Shown: positions 51,107 to 60,093 of the stretch, one piece after another
How the letters are laid out: the number at the start of each line of letters is the position of its first letter
How positions within the stretch are numbered: position 1 is the first letter of the stretch
From: an uncultured Gammaproteobacteria bacterium
Lineage (GTDB): Bacteria; Patescibacteriota; Microgenomatia; CAZETR01; Amesbacteraceae
Direction of reading: 5' to 3'
Assembly (NCBI GenBank): GCA_964518565.1
Contig: CAZFGX010000001.1
Coordinates: 267,046-331,045, forward strand
DNA length: 64,000 nt
The notes under the pieces: generated by a model
What the model was told of the DNA's origin: nothing
Database searches by the model: none
The model's input: the letters and a program-made list of their open reading frames with translations, nothing else
Translations under genes and position numbers: made by a program

Positions 51107-53085
51107 AAAATCAATCAAACATAGTTAGATCATTTGACAGCGATCTGTCAGAAACTAGCAATAATATAAATACAAATAATAGCCGTGCAATGGGTAAATT
51201 TTTATTAAAACTATCACTAATAACATTAAGTGTAATCGTAGTATTAGCTCTCATAGGTTATATGGTAGTAGTTCGTCCAGGCCGAGTTCTTATGGCCTCG
51301 GTAAGAGAATTGGAAGCTAATACTAAAGCAGTGGCGCCGTATGCTAAAACACAAGATCTTGGAGGAGTCAAAAACCAGTTAGAAAAGGTAAAGGGTTCAC
51401 TCACAAACGTCGAGACAAATCTGCATACCTTTAAGTGGTCGTCACACATTCCATTCGCAAAAAATTATTACAATGATGGCCAATCGGGTATTTCAGCTGG
51501 ATATGAATTAATAGCGGCAGCAGAGATTGGGATCGATGCCATTGCACCTTATGCCGATGTAATTGGCTTAAAGGGTTTGGCCACTTCAGGAGATGGAGGT
51601 AAGACAGCTCAGGATCGAATCACATTTATAGTAAATACCTTAGACAAAATTCATCCACAACTCGATAAAATTGGCGAAAAACTTAGCAATGCCCAAAAGT
51701 TTTTAGCCAATATTGATCCAAATAGATATCCTGAAGAAATAAAAGGTATAAAAATTAGATCACAACTTGCTAGTGGGCTTGAAACAATCGATCAAGCATC
51801 TACTGTCATAAATGATGCTAAACCAATTTTAGAATCAGCGCCATATCTGTTGGGTAACCAGTCACCAAGAAAATATTTGGTACTATTCCAAAACGATGCA
51901 GAAATAAGAGGCACCGGAGGCTTCCTAACAGGATATGCAATTATTAATGTAACCAACGGAAAAGTTCAATCACTAGAGTCAGATGACATTTACAAATTAG
52001 ACGAAAAATTTACGAAGCGAATACCAGCTCCTGAGCCTATACTCAAATATTTACCACTAGTCCCTTATTGGTATTTGCGAGATCAAAACCTGTCTCCTGA
52101 TTTCAAGTCGTCAATGGAAACATTTATGAGTAATTATAAATTGACAAAATCTCCTGAAGTAGACGGAGTCATTGCTGTAGATACACAGCTACTTGTAGAT
52201 TTATTAAAAGTAACAGGTCCAATTGGAGTCTCAGGACTTGGAACATTTACTGCAGACCAGGATCCAAGGTGTAATTGTCCTCAAGTGTTTTACGAGCTTC
52301 AAGTGCTGGCTGGCGGCGAAGAGCCTGTGGTGTGGGACTCAGTTTCTGGAAAAATCGTCAAGGCTCCTGCAAATTATGGAAATCGTAAAGCTTTTCTTGG
52401 ACCGCTGATGTATTCCGTCTTGGCAAACGTTATGGCGCAACCGAAAAGCAAGTTCCCTCTTTTGTTCAACACAGCTATGGCCAATATTCAAGGTAAGCAT
52501 ATCATGGCATATTTTAATGACCCAAAAGCACAAATGGCTGTAGAAAGCTTTAATATGGCGGGTCGAGTACGTGAATCCGACTCAGATTATTTGCTTATTG
52601 TCGATACGAATTTTGCAGGGGCAAAAACAAACATCTGGGTGAATTACAAAGTTGACCAAAAAGTTGATATTGACTCGAGTGGAAATATTACCAAAACAGT
52701 TACGCTTACCTATGCCAACCCTCAACAAACTGCGGTAAAAATTACTCAAGCAAGAAACCTAAATGGCGCATTTCGGGATTGGCTCAGAGTCTATGTACCC
52801 AAGGGAAGTCAGCTAATTGAAGCAAAAGGTTTCGAATCTGGACAAACAACTAGTGAAGATCTAGGTAAAACAGTATTTGATGGCTTTTTCACTTTAACTC
52901 CTGGTAACACTCGTCAAATTTCCTTCAAATATAAGCTCCCGACCAAAGCCCAAAATAACACATATAAAATACTCATACAAAAACAGGGCGGAATTAAAAC
53001 ATTTCCCTATACCATGACTATAAATGGAAAATCAAAACTTGAGACACTTGTAGATCAAGACAAAGAACTATCGTATCCATACTAA
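51103..53085 (+). CDS. Membrane-anchored protein, DUF4012-like. Function unknown.
   Basis: 660 aa with one N-terminal TM helix and a long coiled region. It carries a conserved-looking NDAEIRGTGGFLTGYAI motif, which I associate with the DUF4012 family found beside sugar transferases. That family assignment is from memory. Confidence 0.45.
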   Translation: MKNQSNIVRSFDSDLSETSNNINTNNSRAMGKFLLKLSLITLSVIVVLALIGYMVVVRPGRVLMASVRELEANTKAVAPYAKTQDLGGVKNQLEKVKGSLTNVETNLHTFKWSSHIPFAKNYYNDGQSGISAGYELIAAAEIGIDAIAPYADVIGLKGLATSGDGGKTAQDRITFIVNTLDKIHPQLDKIGEKLSNAQKFLANIDPNRYPEEIKGIKIRSQLASGLETIDQASTVINDAKPILESAPYLLGNQSPRKYLVLFQNDAEIRGTGGFLTGYAIINVTNGKVQSLESDDIYKLDEKFTKRIPAPEPILKYLPLVPYWYLRDQNLSPDFKSSMETFMSNYKLTKSPEVDGVIAVDTQLLVDLLKVTGPIGVSGLGTFTADQDPRCNCPQVFYELQVLAGGEEPVVWDSVSGKIVKAPANYGNRKAFLGPLMYSVLANVMAQPKSKFPLLFNTAMANIQGKHIMAYFNDPKAQMAVESFNMAGRVRESDSDYLLIVDTNFAGAKTNIWVNYKVDQKVDIDSSGNITKTVTLTYANPQQTAVKITQARNLNGAFRDWLRVYVPKGSQLIEAKGFESGQTTSEDLGKTVFDGFFTLTPGNTRQISFKYKLPTKAQNNTYKILIQKQGGIKTFPYTMTINGKSKLETLVDQDKELSYPY

Positions 53086-53630
53086 TGCGCAGTTATTCCG
53101 ATGAGGGTATAGTAGTAAAACGGTCAGACTACTCCGAAACTGATAAGCTAATTACTATCTTCACTGCCAATAATGGAAAAGTTACATATTTAGCTAAGGG
53201 AATCAGAAAAGTAACTTCAAGAAGAAGCGGCAGTTTAGAACTTTTTAATTATATAAAATTTTCCGCGATAAAATCGTTAAATCATGTTGAAATAATTTCA
53301 GAAGTACAATTATTAAACTCTTTTAATAATTGGCGAAATCAACTTGGTCGAATTACACTAGCGTATCAAATAGCGGAGACTATCGATAAATTAACTCCCG
53401 ATAATGAGCCACACGATGATATATTTAGACTACTAAAACAAAATTTAACTGATATTGGCCGTTTGGGACATAATTGGCAAACAGAAACCGAAAAATGGCT
53501 AATTAACATAGTGAAAGTTCTTGGATATTGGTCAGAGGAAGATTTTAATGGCGATATATATAAATATATCGAAGAAATATCTGCCAAAAATTTGCACTCA
53601 GTTAAATTATTAAACAGATTACGTTCATGA
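53085..53630 (+). CDS. recO: DNA repair protein RecO (short form, no Cys-rich zinc motif).
   Basis: The N-terminal OB-fold region GIVVKRSDYSETDKLITIFTANNGKVTYLAKGIRK matches the RecO family. Only 181 aa, and it contains no Cys. Confidence 0.65.
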   Translation: MRSYSDEGIVVKRSDYSETDKLITIFTANNGKVTYLAKGIRKVTSRRSGSLELFNYIKFSAIKSLNHVEIISEVQLLNSFNNWRNQLGRITLAYQIAETIDKLTPDNEPHDDIFRLLKQNLTDIGRLGHNWQTETEKWLINIVKVLGYWSEEDFNGDIYKYIEEISAKNLHSVKLLNRLRS

Positions 53631-54439
53631 AAAATAATTTTATTAACCAAGCAAAAAACAAATATCAAATTGTTTGTTCAACTGATGTAGTAGGGTTTTT
53701 AGGAAATCCTATGAATGCATATAAATTTTGGCGCTCAATAATCCCTTCAGATATAACATTCGGCTTAGAGGTAATTAGTTTTTATCATCACGTTCCTCTG
53801 CTAACAAAAATCCCAAACATAATCGGCTACCACGTACGATGCGATAGTTCATATATTCCCCGAAATTTAGATATCCCTATGTGGATAGTAAATTATCTAA
53901 TGGCAACGCCGCAAGATATTTTGCGTTTGATAGATTCTAAAAAAGATTTTTATATTAATAGTCATAATTTATATGTCTCTCAAATGAAAAAAATAATTTT
54001 TCCCGAAAACATTTATATGTTTTGTGAAAATGATAATGAACCCAATTCATATAAACAATCACTGGAACTCGGTAGAGCATATGATGGAACAATTTTCGAT
54101 ATCGTACACTACTGTGTTGAAAAAAAAGGTAAAATTGGCTGGGAAGTAGCTATAGATGAAGCGATAGAGAAGATATATGAAATTGGTCAATGTTTAGTCC
54201 ATATTTCATGGGGTTGGAATAAAAAAGACGCTTTACCTGAAGATATAAGTGACGGAACTCTAAAAAAGATATCCAAGGCTATTGAGGATACGTCAAGTAT
54301 GCCGGTGTTGGAATTTCAGTGGGGTAATAAAGATGGTTCAATTGGTTGTGATCCGACAAAAGACCCTCAAAAAGTAAAAAACGCCCAAATGAAAATTCAA
54401 AAATTAATCGAAACCGAAATAATAAAAAAAACGGAGTAG
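53627..54439 (+). CDS. Hypothetical protein. Possibly a xylose-isomerase-like TIM-barrel fold. Weak.
   Basis: 270 aa and soluble. A spaced acidic/His pattern (FCENDNEP, FDIVHYC, VHISWGW) loosely recalls sugar-phosphate isomerase/epimerase family motifs. ATGA overlap with recO. Confidence 0.3.
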   Translation: MKNNFINQAKNKYQIVCSTDVVGFLGNPMNAYKFWRSIIPSDITFGLEVISFYHHVPLLTKIPNIIGYHVRCDSSYIPRNLDIPMWIVNYLMATPQDILRLIDSKKDFYINSHNLYVSQMKKIIFPENIYMFCENDNEPNSYKQSLELGRAYDGTIFDIVHYCVEKKGKIGWEVAIDEAIEKIYEIGQCLVHISWGWNKKDALPEDISDGTLKKISKAIEDTSSMPVLEFQWGNKDGSIGCDPTKDPQKVKNAQMKIQKLIETEIIKKTE

Positions 54440-54460
54440 AAATTTTTTATTTCTACTCCG
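54432..54460. terminator. Bidirectional intrinsic-terminator-like hairpin between convergent genes.
   Basis: Perfect 11-12 bp inverted repeat CGGAGTAGAAA(T)/(A)TTTCTACTCCG with a T-rich loop. It is preceded by an A9 run (T-run on the minus strand), and it overlaps the stop codon of the gene that ends at 54439. Confidence 0.5.
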
Positions 54461-54467
54461 TACTCAA

Positions 54468-54740
54468 TTAATCAGAAACAGTTAGTGTTCCAGATTCAAC
54501 ACATATGACTTTGGGATCTTGGTCCATTTCTACGAGTGCCTCATACGTACATATTGCAGTATAAATATCTCCTATCTGGCAATTAATTTTTACACCTTGA
54601 GGGGGTTCCCATTTATCAGTCGCTCTTATGAGAACTGAAAATCGAGGAAAATCTTGATTGCTTTCTTGAAGTTTAAGTATCTGGAAGATTAAGTATGCGT
54701 CAATTCTGCCGCTAACTGTAAAATCATATTTGTCGCTCAT
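54468..54740 (-). CDS. Small hypothetical protein (90 aa), a lone minus-strand gene.
   Basis: Complete ORF with its own upstream intergenic region (54741..54871) and a terminator hairpin downstream. I recognise no family. Confidence 0.4.
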   Translation of the reverse strand: MSDKYDFTVSGRIDAYLIFQILKLQESNQDFPRFSVLIRATDKWEPPQGVKINCQIGDIYTAICTYEALVEMDQDPKVICVESGTLTVSD

Positions 54741-54871
54741 GTCGATCTCCTTCTGAATTAATTTTGTAAAGAACTAAATAGAGAGTAAAAATCAGCTTTT
54801 GATTTGGTCTCTAAGTTTATGTATTTTATCCCCATAGGCCAAACAGTCAATAAATTTGCTAAAATAGGCAT

Positions 54872-56254
54872 ATGGACTTAATGGAAAAAGTTGTAAGTTT
54901 GGCCAAACGTCGAGGTTTTGTGTATCCAGGGTCCGAGATTTATGGTGGCTTAGCAAATACATACGACTACGGTCCACTAGGTGCTCAACTATTAAAAAAT
55001 ATCAAGGATTTATGGTGGAAAAAATTTGTGACCCAGAGAACTGACATTTACGGTCTTGATAGTAATATCCTCATGAGCCCTAAAGTTTGGGAAGCTTCTG
55101 GCCATACGGCAAACTTTACTGATACGCTTGTTGACTGTAAAAATTGCCAATTTAGAAAACGTGCAGATCATTTAATAGAAGAATTCTTTGAATCAAGGGG
55201 ACAAGAAAAAAAAGTTGAGGGGCTAACAGAGAAACAACAAGACGAAATAATTTCCTCTGAAAAAATCCCTTGTCCCAACTGTGGTAAACATAACTGGACT
55301 TCAGTGCGTAAATTCAATGTTTTATTTGAAACTCACTTAGGCATTGTTTCAGGGGAAAAATCCTTAGCATATCTAAGAGGTGAAATTGCTCAGGGCATGT
55401 TTGTAAATTTTAAAAACATTCTAGACTCTTTCTCACCAAAAATGCCTTTTGGAATAGCTCAGATGGGTTCAGCATTCAGAAATGAAATCACTCCAGGAAA
55501 ATTCATACATCGTACCCTATCCTTCAATTTATCAGAATTTGAATATTTTTTTGATCCAGAATTAGTTTCTTGGGAAGAGCTTTATAAATACTGGGAGACG
55601 CAGATGTGGGAATGGACAACTAAAGATCTGGGTTTGCCTGGAGAAAGTTTACGATGGCGTGAACATCCCGAACAAGAGCGCTCCCACTATTCTAAAATGA
55701 CTAAAGATATTGAATATAAATACCCTTGGGGATTTAAAGAATTATATGGTTTGGCTTATCGCACGGATTTTGATCTTAAAAATCATACCGACAAATCTGG
55801 TACAGACCTCAGCTATACCGATCCTCAGTCCGGTAAAAAATATATCCCACATGTGATCGAACCTACATTTGGCATGGACCGAACACTTTTATCTATTTTG
55901 CTATCGGGATACTCTGAAATCGAAGATCGAAAAGTTTTAAAAATTGTCCCCAAACTCGCTCCATATAAAGTTGCAATTTTTCCTCTCGTTAGAAATAAAG
56001 AACCTATCGTTCAAAAAGCTCAGGAGCTATATTTATATCTAAAAAAACAAGATATTCAATCAGTCTGGGATGACCGAGGAAACATTGGTAAAAGATATTA
56101 TGCGCAAGACGAAATAGGCACTCCTTGGTGTGTAACAATTGATTATCAGACACTAGAAGACGAAACTGTTACTGTTCGCGATAGAGACACGGCAAATCAA
56201 ATTCGTATTAGCACTGATCAACTTGACACATACTTTAAAGACCAATTAAAGTAA
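54872..56254 (+). CDS. glyQS: Glycine--tRNA ligase, alpha2 (eukaryotic/archaeal-like) type.
   Basis: N-terminal RRGFVYPGSEIYGGLANTYDYGPLGAQL is the highly conserved GlyRS motif, and class II motifs follow. Confidence 0.9.
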   Translation: MDLMEKVVSLAKRRGFVYPGSEIYGGLANTYDYGPLGAQLLKNIKDLWWKKFVTQRTDIYGLDSNILMSPKVWEASGHTANFTDTLVDCKNCQFRKRADHLIEEFFESRGQEKKVEGLTEKQQDEIISSEKIPCPNCGKHNWTSVRKFNVLFETHLGIVSGEKSLAYLRGEIAQGMFVNFKNILDSFSPKMPFGIAQMGSAFRNEITPGKFIHRTLSFNLSEFEYFFDPELVSWEELYKYWETQMWEWTTKDLGLPGESLRWREHPEQERSHYSKMTKDIEYKYPWGFKELYGLAYRTDFDLKNHTDKSGTDLSYTDPQSGKKYIPHVIEPTFGMDRTLLSILLSGYSEIEDRKVLKIVPKLAPYKVAIFPLVRNKEPIVQKAQELYLYLKKQDIQSVWDDRGNIGKRYYAQDEIGTPWCVTIDYQTLEDETVTVRDRDTANQIRISTDQLDTYFKDQLK

Positions 56255-56259
56255 TAAAT

Positions 56260-56766
56260 ATGAAATACGCCATAATTGTAGTAGTATTTCTCGCTGTATT
56301 GGGAGTGGGAGGGTTTATTTTTGCCAAAAATCAAATATCGTCTGCTACAAAAATTACACCTACACCCACCGAAACACCTCTACAAATGCTTTCAGAAAAT
56401 CAGTACCCCAAAGTTTCCTTGTCTTTCAAGCCTGATGGTCACTATGTAACCGTGATGATAAATAATCTACACGCCGAGTCTGTGGAATATGATTTAGTGT
56501 ACGATGCAAAAATAAAACGAAATGGGATAACTAGTCAAGTAAATACCGGAATTAATGCCTCAGAAAAAATAAGTGGAAAAAATTCATATAGCAAAGAACA
56601 GCTTCTAGGAAGTGAAAGTAGTGGCCACTTAACCTTTCATGAAAACATTCAAAACGCCTCACTCCATCTCACTCTTCGAGACGGCTCAAATAGATCAATC
56701 TACTCAACCACCTACCCATTCAGTATCTCACTAGGAAAGACTGTCGAGCTTCAATCCTCAAATTAA
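56260..56766 (+). CDS. Hypothetical secreted or membrane-anchored protein.
   Basis: N-terminal hydrophobic helix (IIVVVFLAVLGVGGFIF), then a Thr/Pro-rich linker and a beta-rich domain. Confidence 0.4.
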   Translation: MKYAIIVVVFLAVLGVGGFIFAKNQISSATKITPTPTETPLQMLSENQYPKVSLSFKPDGHYVTVMINNLHAESVEYDLVYDAKIKRNGITSQVNTGINASEKISGKNSYSKEQLLGSESSGHLTFHENIQNASLHLTLRDGSNRSIYSTTYPFSISLGKTVELQSSN

Positions 56767-56837
56767 TCTTCGTTAGTTATTCCCAGAAATCATCTTCGGC
56801 TTAAATTTGTCTTGACACGTCCGTGAAAATAGATCAT

Positions 56838-56867
56838 AGTGGTACACAGTGGTAAAAAGTGGTAAAT
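56838..56867 (+). promoter_or_regulatory. Three direct AGTGGTA repeats with 10-bp periodicity. Candidate MraZ operator in the mraZ promoter region.
   Basis: agtggtacac / agtggtaaaa / agtggtaaat is directly visible at 56838-56867. A TTGACA hexamer lies at 56812-56817 and TATAAT at 56867-56872. MraZ-family repressors are known to bind tandem GTGG-type repeats upstream of their own gene. Confidence 0.5.
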
Positions 56868-56874
56868 ATAATAT

Positions 56875-57300
56875 ATGTTCATTGGTCAATATGATCATCA
56901 ACTCGAATCAAAAGGTAGAGTCTCAATACCAAAAAAATTTCGTTCTCAATTAGAATCCGGGGCAATATTAAGCCAAGGATTAGACGGATGTCTATTTTTA
57001 TATCCGAAGAATGTTTGGGAACAGCTCATTAATAAAGTGTCCCAGTTACCACTTACACGCTCTGATGCTCGCTCGTTTACTCGAGCACTTAGTTTCGGCG
57101 CAACTGAAGTGGATATAGACCAACTTGGTCGTATTTTGATACCTGAATATTTGAAAAATTTTGCAAATATCCAAACAGAATGCGTAATCGCTGGTGCAAT
57201 AGACCGAGTTGAAATTTGGGACAAACATAAGTTTATTAGCTACGAAAACTCACTTAATTCCAATCGTGAATCGATAGCTGAAAAACTTGATTTACCATAA
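56875..57300 (+). CDS. mraZ: Transcriptional regulator MraZ.
   Basis: MFIGQYDHQLESKGRVSIPKKFR and the duplicated DxxxR-type MraZ domains. First gene of the dcw cluster. Confidence 0.85.
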   Translation: MFIGQYDHQLESKGRVSIPKKFRSQLESGAILSQGLDGCLFLYPKNVWEQLINKVSQLPLTRSDARSFTRALSFGATEVDIDQLGRILIPEYLKNFANIQTECVIAGAIDRVEIWDKHKFISYENSLNSNRESIAEKLDLP

Positions 57301-58126
57301 TCCAGTACTTTTACAAGCAACAGTCAAACTTTTAGATGTCGAACCAGGCGGCAAATATATAGATGCTACGCTTGGTGGCGGCGGACATACTCAAGAAATT
57401 TTAAATAATGGCGGATATGTTTTAGGCCTTGATCAAGATCAGGATGCCATTGATTTTTGTTCCAAAAAGTTTAGTCAATCAATAATCGAAAACAAACTTC
57501 GGATCATAAAATCAAACTTTATCAATATAAAACAGATTACAAATGATACAGATTGGAAACCAATCAAAGGAATAATTTTTGATTTGGGAATCTCTAGTCA
57601 TCAGATTGACACTCCCATGCGCGGGTTCTCTTTTCAAAATAATGGCCCTCTTGATATGCGGATGGATAAACAAATAACAGTTTCAGCACGAGAAATAATC
57701 AATAATTGGCCAGAAAAAGCAATTTCACAAATCTTAAAAAATTTTGGTGAGTTGCAAAACGCAAACCAGTTAGCAAAAAAAATAATCTCTGCTAGACCTC
57801 TAGACACTACGCATCAATTGTCCCAAGTCGTTCAGTCGGATCAGCGTCAAGTGTTTCAGGCCTTGCGCATCGCAATAAATGATGAATTGAGTAGCCTGTC
57901 CATGGCACTTGACCAATCAATTATGCTCGTAGCAAGTGGAGGAAAAATTTGTGTTATTACTTTCCATTCACTAGAAGACCGAATTGTAAAAACTGTATTT
58001 CAAGCCTGGGAGGACCAGAAAATTGGTGTAGTTCTTACCAGGTCACCAATAACACCAGATGATTGGGAACAATCAGAAAACAGTCGATCTAAAAGTGCAA
58101 AGTTGCGTGTATTTAAAAAATTATGA
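57287..58126 (+). CDS. rsmH: 16S rRNA (cytosine1402-N4)-methyltransferase RsmH (MraW).
   Basis: HNPVLL...YIDATLGGGGHT motif and a conserved C-terminal region. Confidence 0.9.
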   Translation: MIYHNPVLLQATVKLLDVEPGGKYIDATLGGGGHTQEILNNGGYVLGLDQDQDAIDFCSKKFSQSIIENKLRIIKSNFINIKQITNDTDWKPIKGIIFDLGISSHQIDTPMRGFSFQNNGPLDMRMDKQITVSAREIINNWPEKAISQILKNFGELQNANQLAKKIISARPLDTTHQLSQVVQSDQRQVFQALRIAINDELSSLSMALDQSIMLVASGGKICVITFHSLEDRIVKTVFQAWEDQKIGVVLTRSPITPDDWEQSENSRSKSAKLRVFKKL

Positions 58127-58407
58127 AAAAAATTACCATCATCATTCTCACAATCAATGCATTATGTGTAATGGGGCAATTAATCCTATCAACATTCCGA
58201 TCAAGTGGGGGAGTAGAGTTAGCTACTTTACGTTCTCAAACAGAACGGCTAACAAGAGAAAATAGTCAATTACAATCAATTATTTCAGAAAAATCTTCGT
58301 TAGCAGCAATTCAAATTGCTGCATCAAATGCAGGATATAAACCAATAAAAACAATTTCCTTACCCCCTCTGACCGTGGCTCAAGTAAGTGAAATAAGCCA
58401 TCCATGA
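58123..58407 (+). CDS. ftsL: Cell division protein FtsL-like (small bitopic membrane protein).
   Basis: 94 aa with one TM helix followed by a coiled-coil segment. It sits between rsmH and ftsI. ATGA overlaps on both sides. Confidence 0.55.
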   Translation: MKKITIIILTINALCVMGQLILSTFRSSGGVELATLRSQTERLTRENSQLQSIISEKSSLAAIQIAASNAGYKPIKTISLPPLTVAQVSEISHP

Positions 58408-60068
58408 AATCTAGGATTCGAGTAATACAAATTATCTTTGGCATCTGGTCATTTGTGCTACTCAGTCGACTTTTCTACTGGCAAATCGTCCAATCAGCCT
58501 CGCTCCGTGAACAGGGTAGAATACAGATTGGCAGGAGTGAAATATTGAGTGCGAGTAGAGGACAAATACTTGCTCAAGATGGTTATCCATTGGCTACGAA
58601 TATAGAAAAATATCGGTTATTTATCAATCCAAAAATTTTACCTAAAGATTTATCAAAGTTAGAAAAAATCTTAGAAACTATACCAGCCTCTGAAAGTGCC
58701 AAAGAAAATTTATCAAAAGCGAGAAACTCCGATGCTTCATGGTTTAGTATCGTCTCCGGTCTGAGTATTTCCACAAAAGAAGCCATTGATAATCTTGAAA
58801 TCGCTGGCGCTGGATTTGACCCTCAACCCGAGCGGGTATATCCAGAAGGCACCCCTAGCGCATATTTAACTGGATTTATTGGTAAAGATAAAGATGGACA
58901 AGATGTAGGTTATTTTGGAATCGAAGGTTATTTTGATCGACAGCTAAAAGGTATACCAGGAAAAAGAACTAATCAAGCAGATGCAATGGGCTTACCCATT
59001 CTTTTGGGGGAAATATCCTACATACCTCCACAAAATGGCAAGAATATCCAAACATCGATTGATCGAGTAGTACAACATGTTGCATTTGAAAAGCTTCAAG
59101 AAGGTTTGACAAAGTACCAAGCAGAAAGTGGTACTGTAACCATTCTCGATTCAAGATCTGGCCAAGTTTTGGCGATGTCTAGTTTGCCAGGCTACGACCA
59201 AAAAAATTACAATCAAGTAGAGTCGAGTAAACTAAAAAATCCTATCGTCTCTGTGAGTTATGAACCAGGATCAACATTTAAAACAATTATTATGTCTTCG
59301 GGTTTAGATGCTCAAGCTGTCAATCCAAACAGTATTTGTACGGCTTGCTCAGGGCCGTTAAAAATTGGTGATTATTTCATAAGAAACTATGATGATAAAT
59401 ATACAACCAATACAAATATGTTCGATATAATTTTACATTCAGACAATGTGGGTATGGTATTTGTTGGCAAACAAATAGGGCAAAAAAGGATGATTGAATA
59501 TTTGAAAAAATTTGGATTTGGCAAACTCACTGGGATTGAATTACAAGAAGAATCAATTTCAGAATTAAGACCTGAAAATGATTGGCATGAAATTGATTAT
59601 GCCACTACATCATTTGGACAAGGTATCGCTGTGACACCGCTTCAATTAACAGCTGCAGTAAATGTAATTGCCAATAAAGGGATATATCAACCCCCCAGAA
59701 TTGTTTTAGATACCCCAGGAAAAAATTCGACTAGGATTATTTCAGAAGTCGCGGCTAAATATACAACAGATATGATGGTTAATGGTGTCAAAAATGGAGC
59801 AGTGAACATTCATAGGCCAAAAGGATTTTTAGTTGCAGGAAAAACTGGAACAGCCCAAGTACCGATCGAAGGCCATTATGATGCAAATAAAACAATTGCT
59901 TCATTTGTAGGTTTTGCTCCGGCAAACAATCCAAAGTTCACCATGTTAGTCACTATTTCAGATCCTAAATCCTCGCCATGGGGCAGTACAACAGCTGCTC
60001 CTGTATGGTTTGCTATAGCCAAAGAGTTGTTTAGATACTACAAAATTCCAGAACAAACAGGCCTGTAA
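58404..60068 (+). CDS. ftsI: Penicillin-binding protein (class B transpeptidase, FtsI/PBP2-like).
   Basis: N-terminal TM anchor. Active-site motifs STFK (SxxK), SDN (HSDNVG) and KTGTA are all present. Confidence 0.85.
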   Translation: MKSRIRVIQIIFGIWSFVLLSRLFYWQIVQSASLREQGRIQIGRSEILSASRGQILAQDGYPLATNIEKYRLFINPKILPKDLSKLEKILETIPASESAKENLSKARNSDASWFSIVSGLSISTKEAIDNLEIAGAGFDPQPERVYPEGTPSAYLTGFIGKDKDGQDVGYFGIEGYFDRQLKGIPGKRTNQADAMGLPILLGEISYIPPQNGKNIQTSIDRVVQHVAFEKLQEGLTKYQAESGTVTILDSRSGQVLAMSSLPGYDQKNYNQVESSKLKNPIVSVSYEPGSTFKTIIMSSGLDAQAVNPNSICTACSGPLKIGDYFIRNYDDKYTTNTNMFDIILHSDNVGMVFVGKQIGQKRMIEYLKKFGFGKLTGIELQEESISELRPENDWHEIDYATTSFGQGIAVTPLQLTAAVNVIANKGIYQPPRIVLDTPGKNSTRIISEVAAKYTTDMMVNGVKNGAVNIHRPKGFLVAGKTGTAQVPIEGHYDANKTIASFVGFAPANNPKFTMLVTISDPKSSPWGSTTAAPVWFAIAKELFRYYKIPEQTGL

Positions 60069-60093
60069 ATCATAAATTGTATATAATGAATCT

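Noticed and set aside
53085-53630. The short RecO (181 aa, no Cys) as a possible truncated pseudogene.
   Set aside because: The ORF is intact and translationally coupled on both sides (TAATG and ATGA). The conserved N-terminal OB-fold region is complete. Short RecO variants without the zinc motif are plausible in reduced genomes. I therefore treat it as a functional short form rather than a pseudogene.
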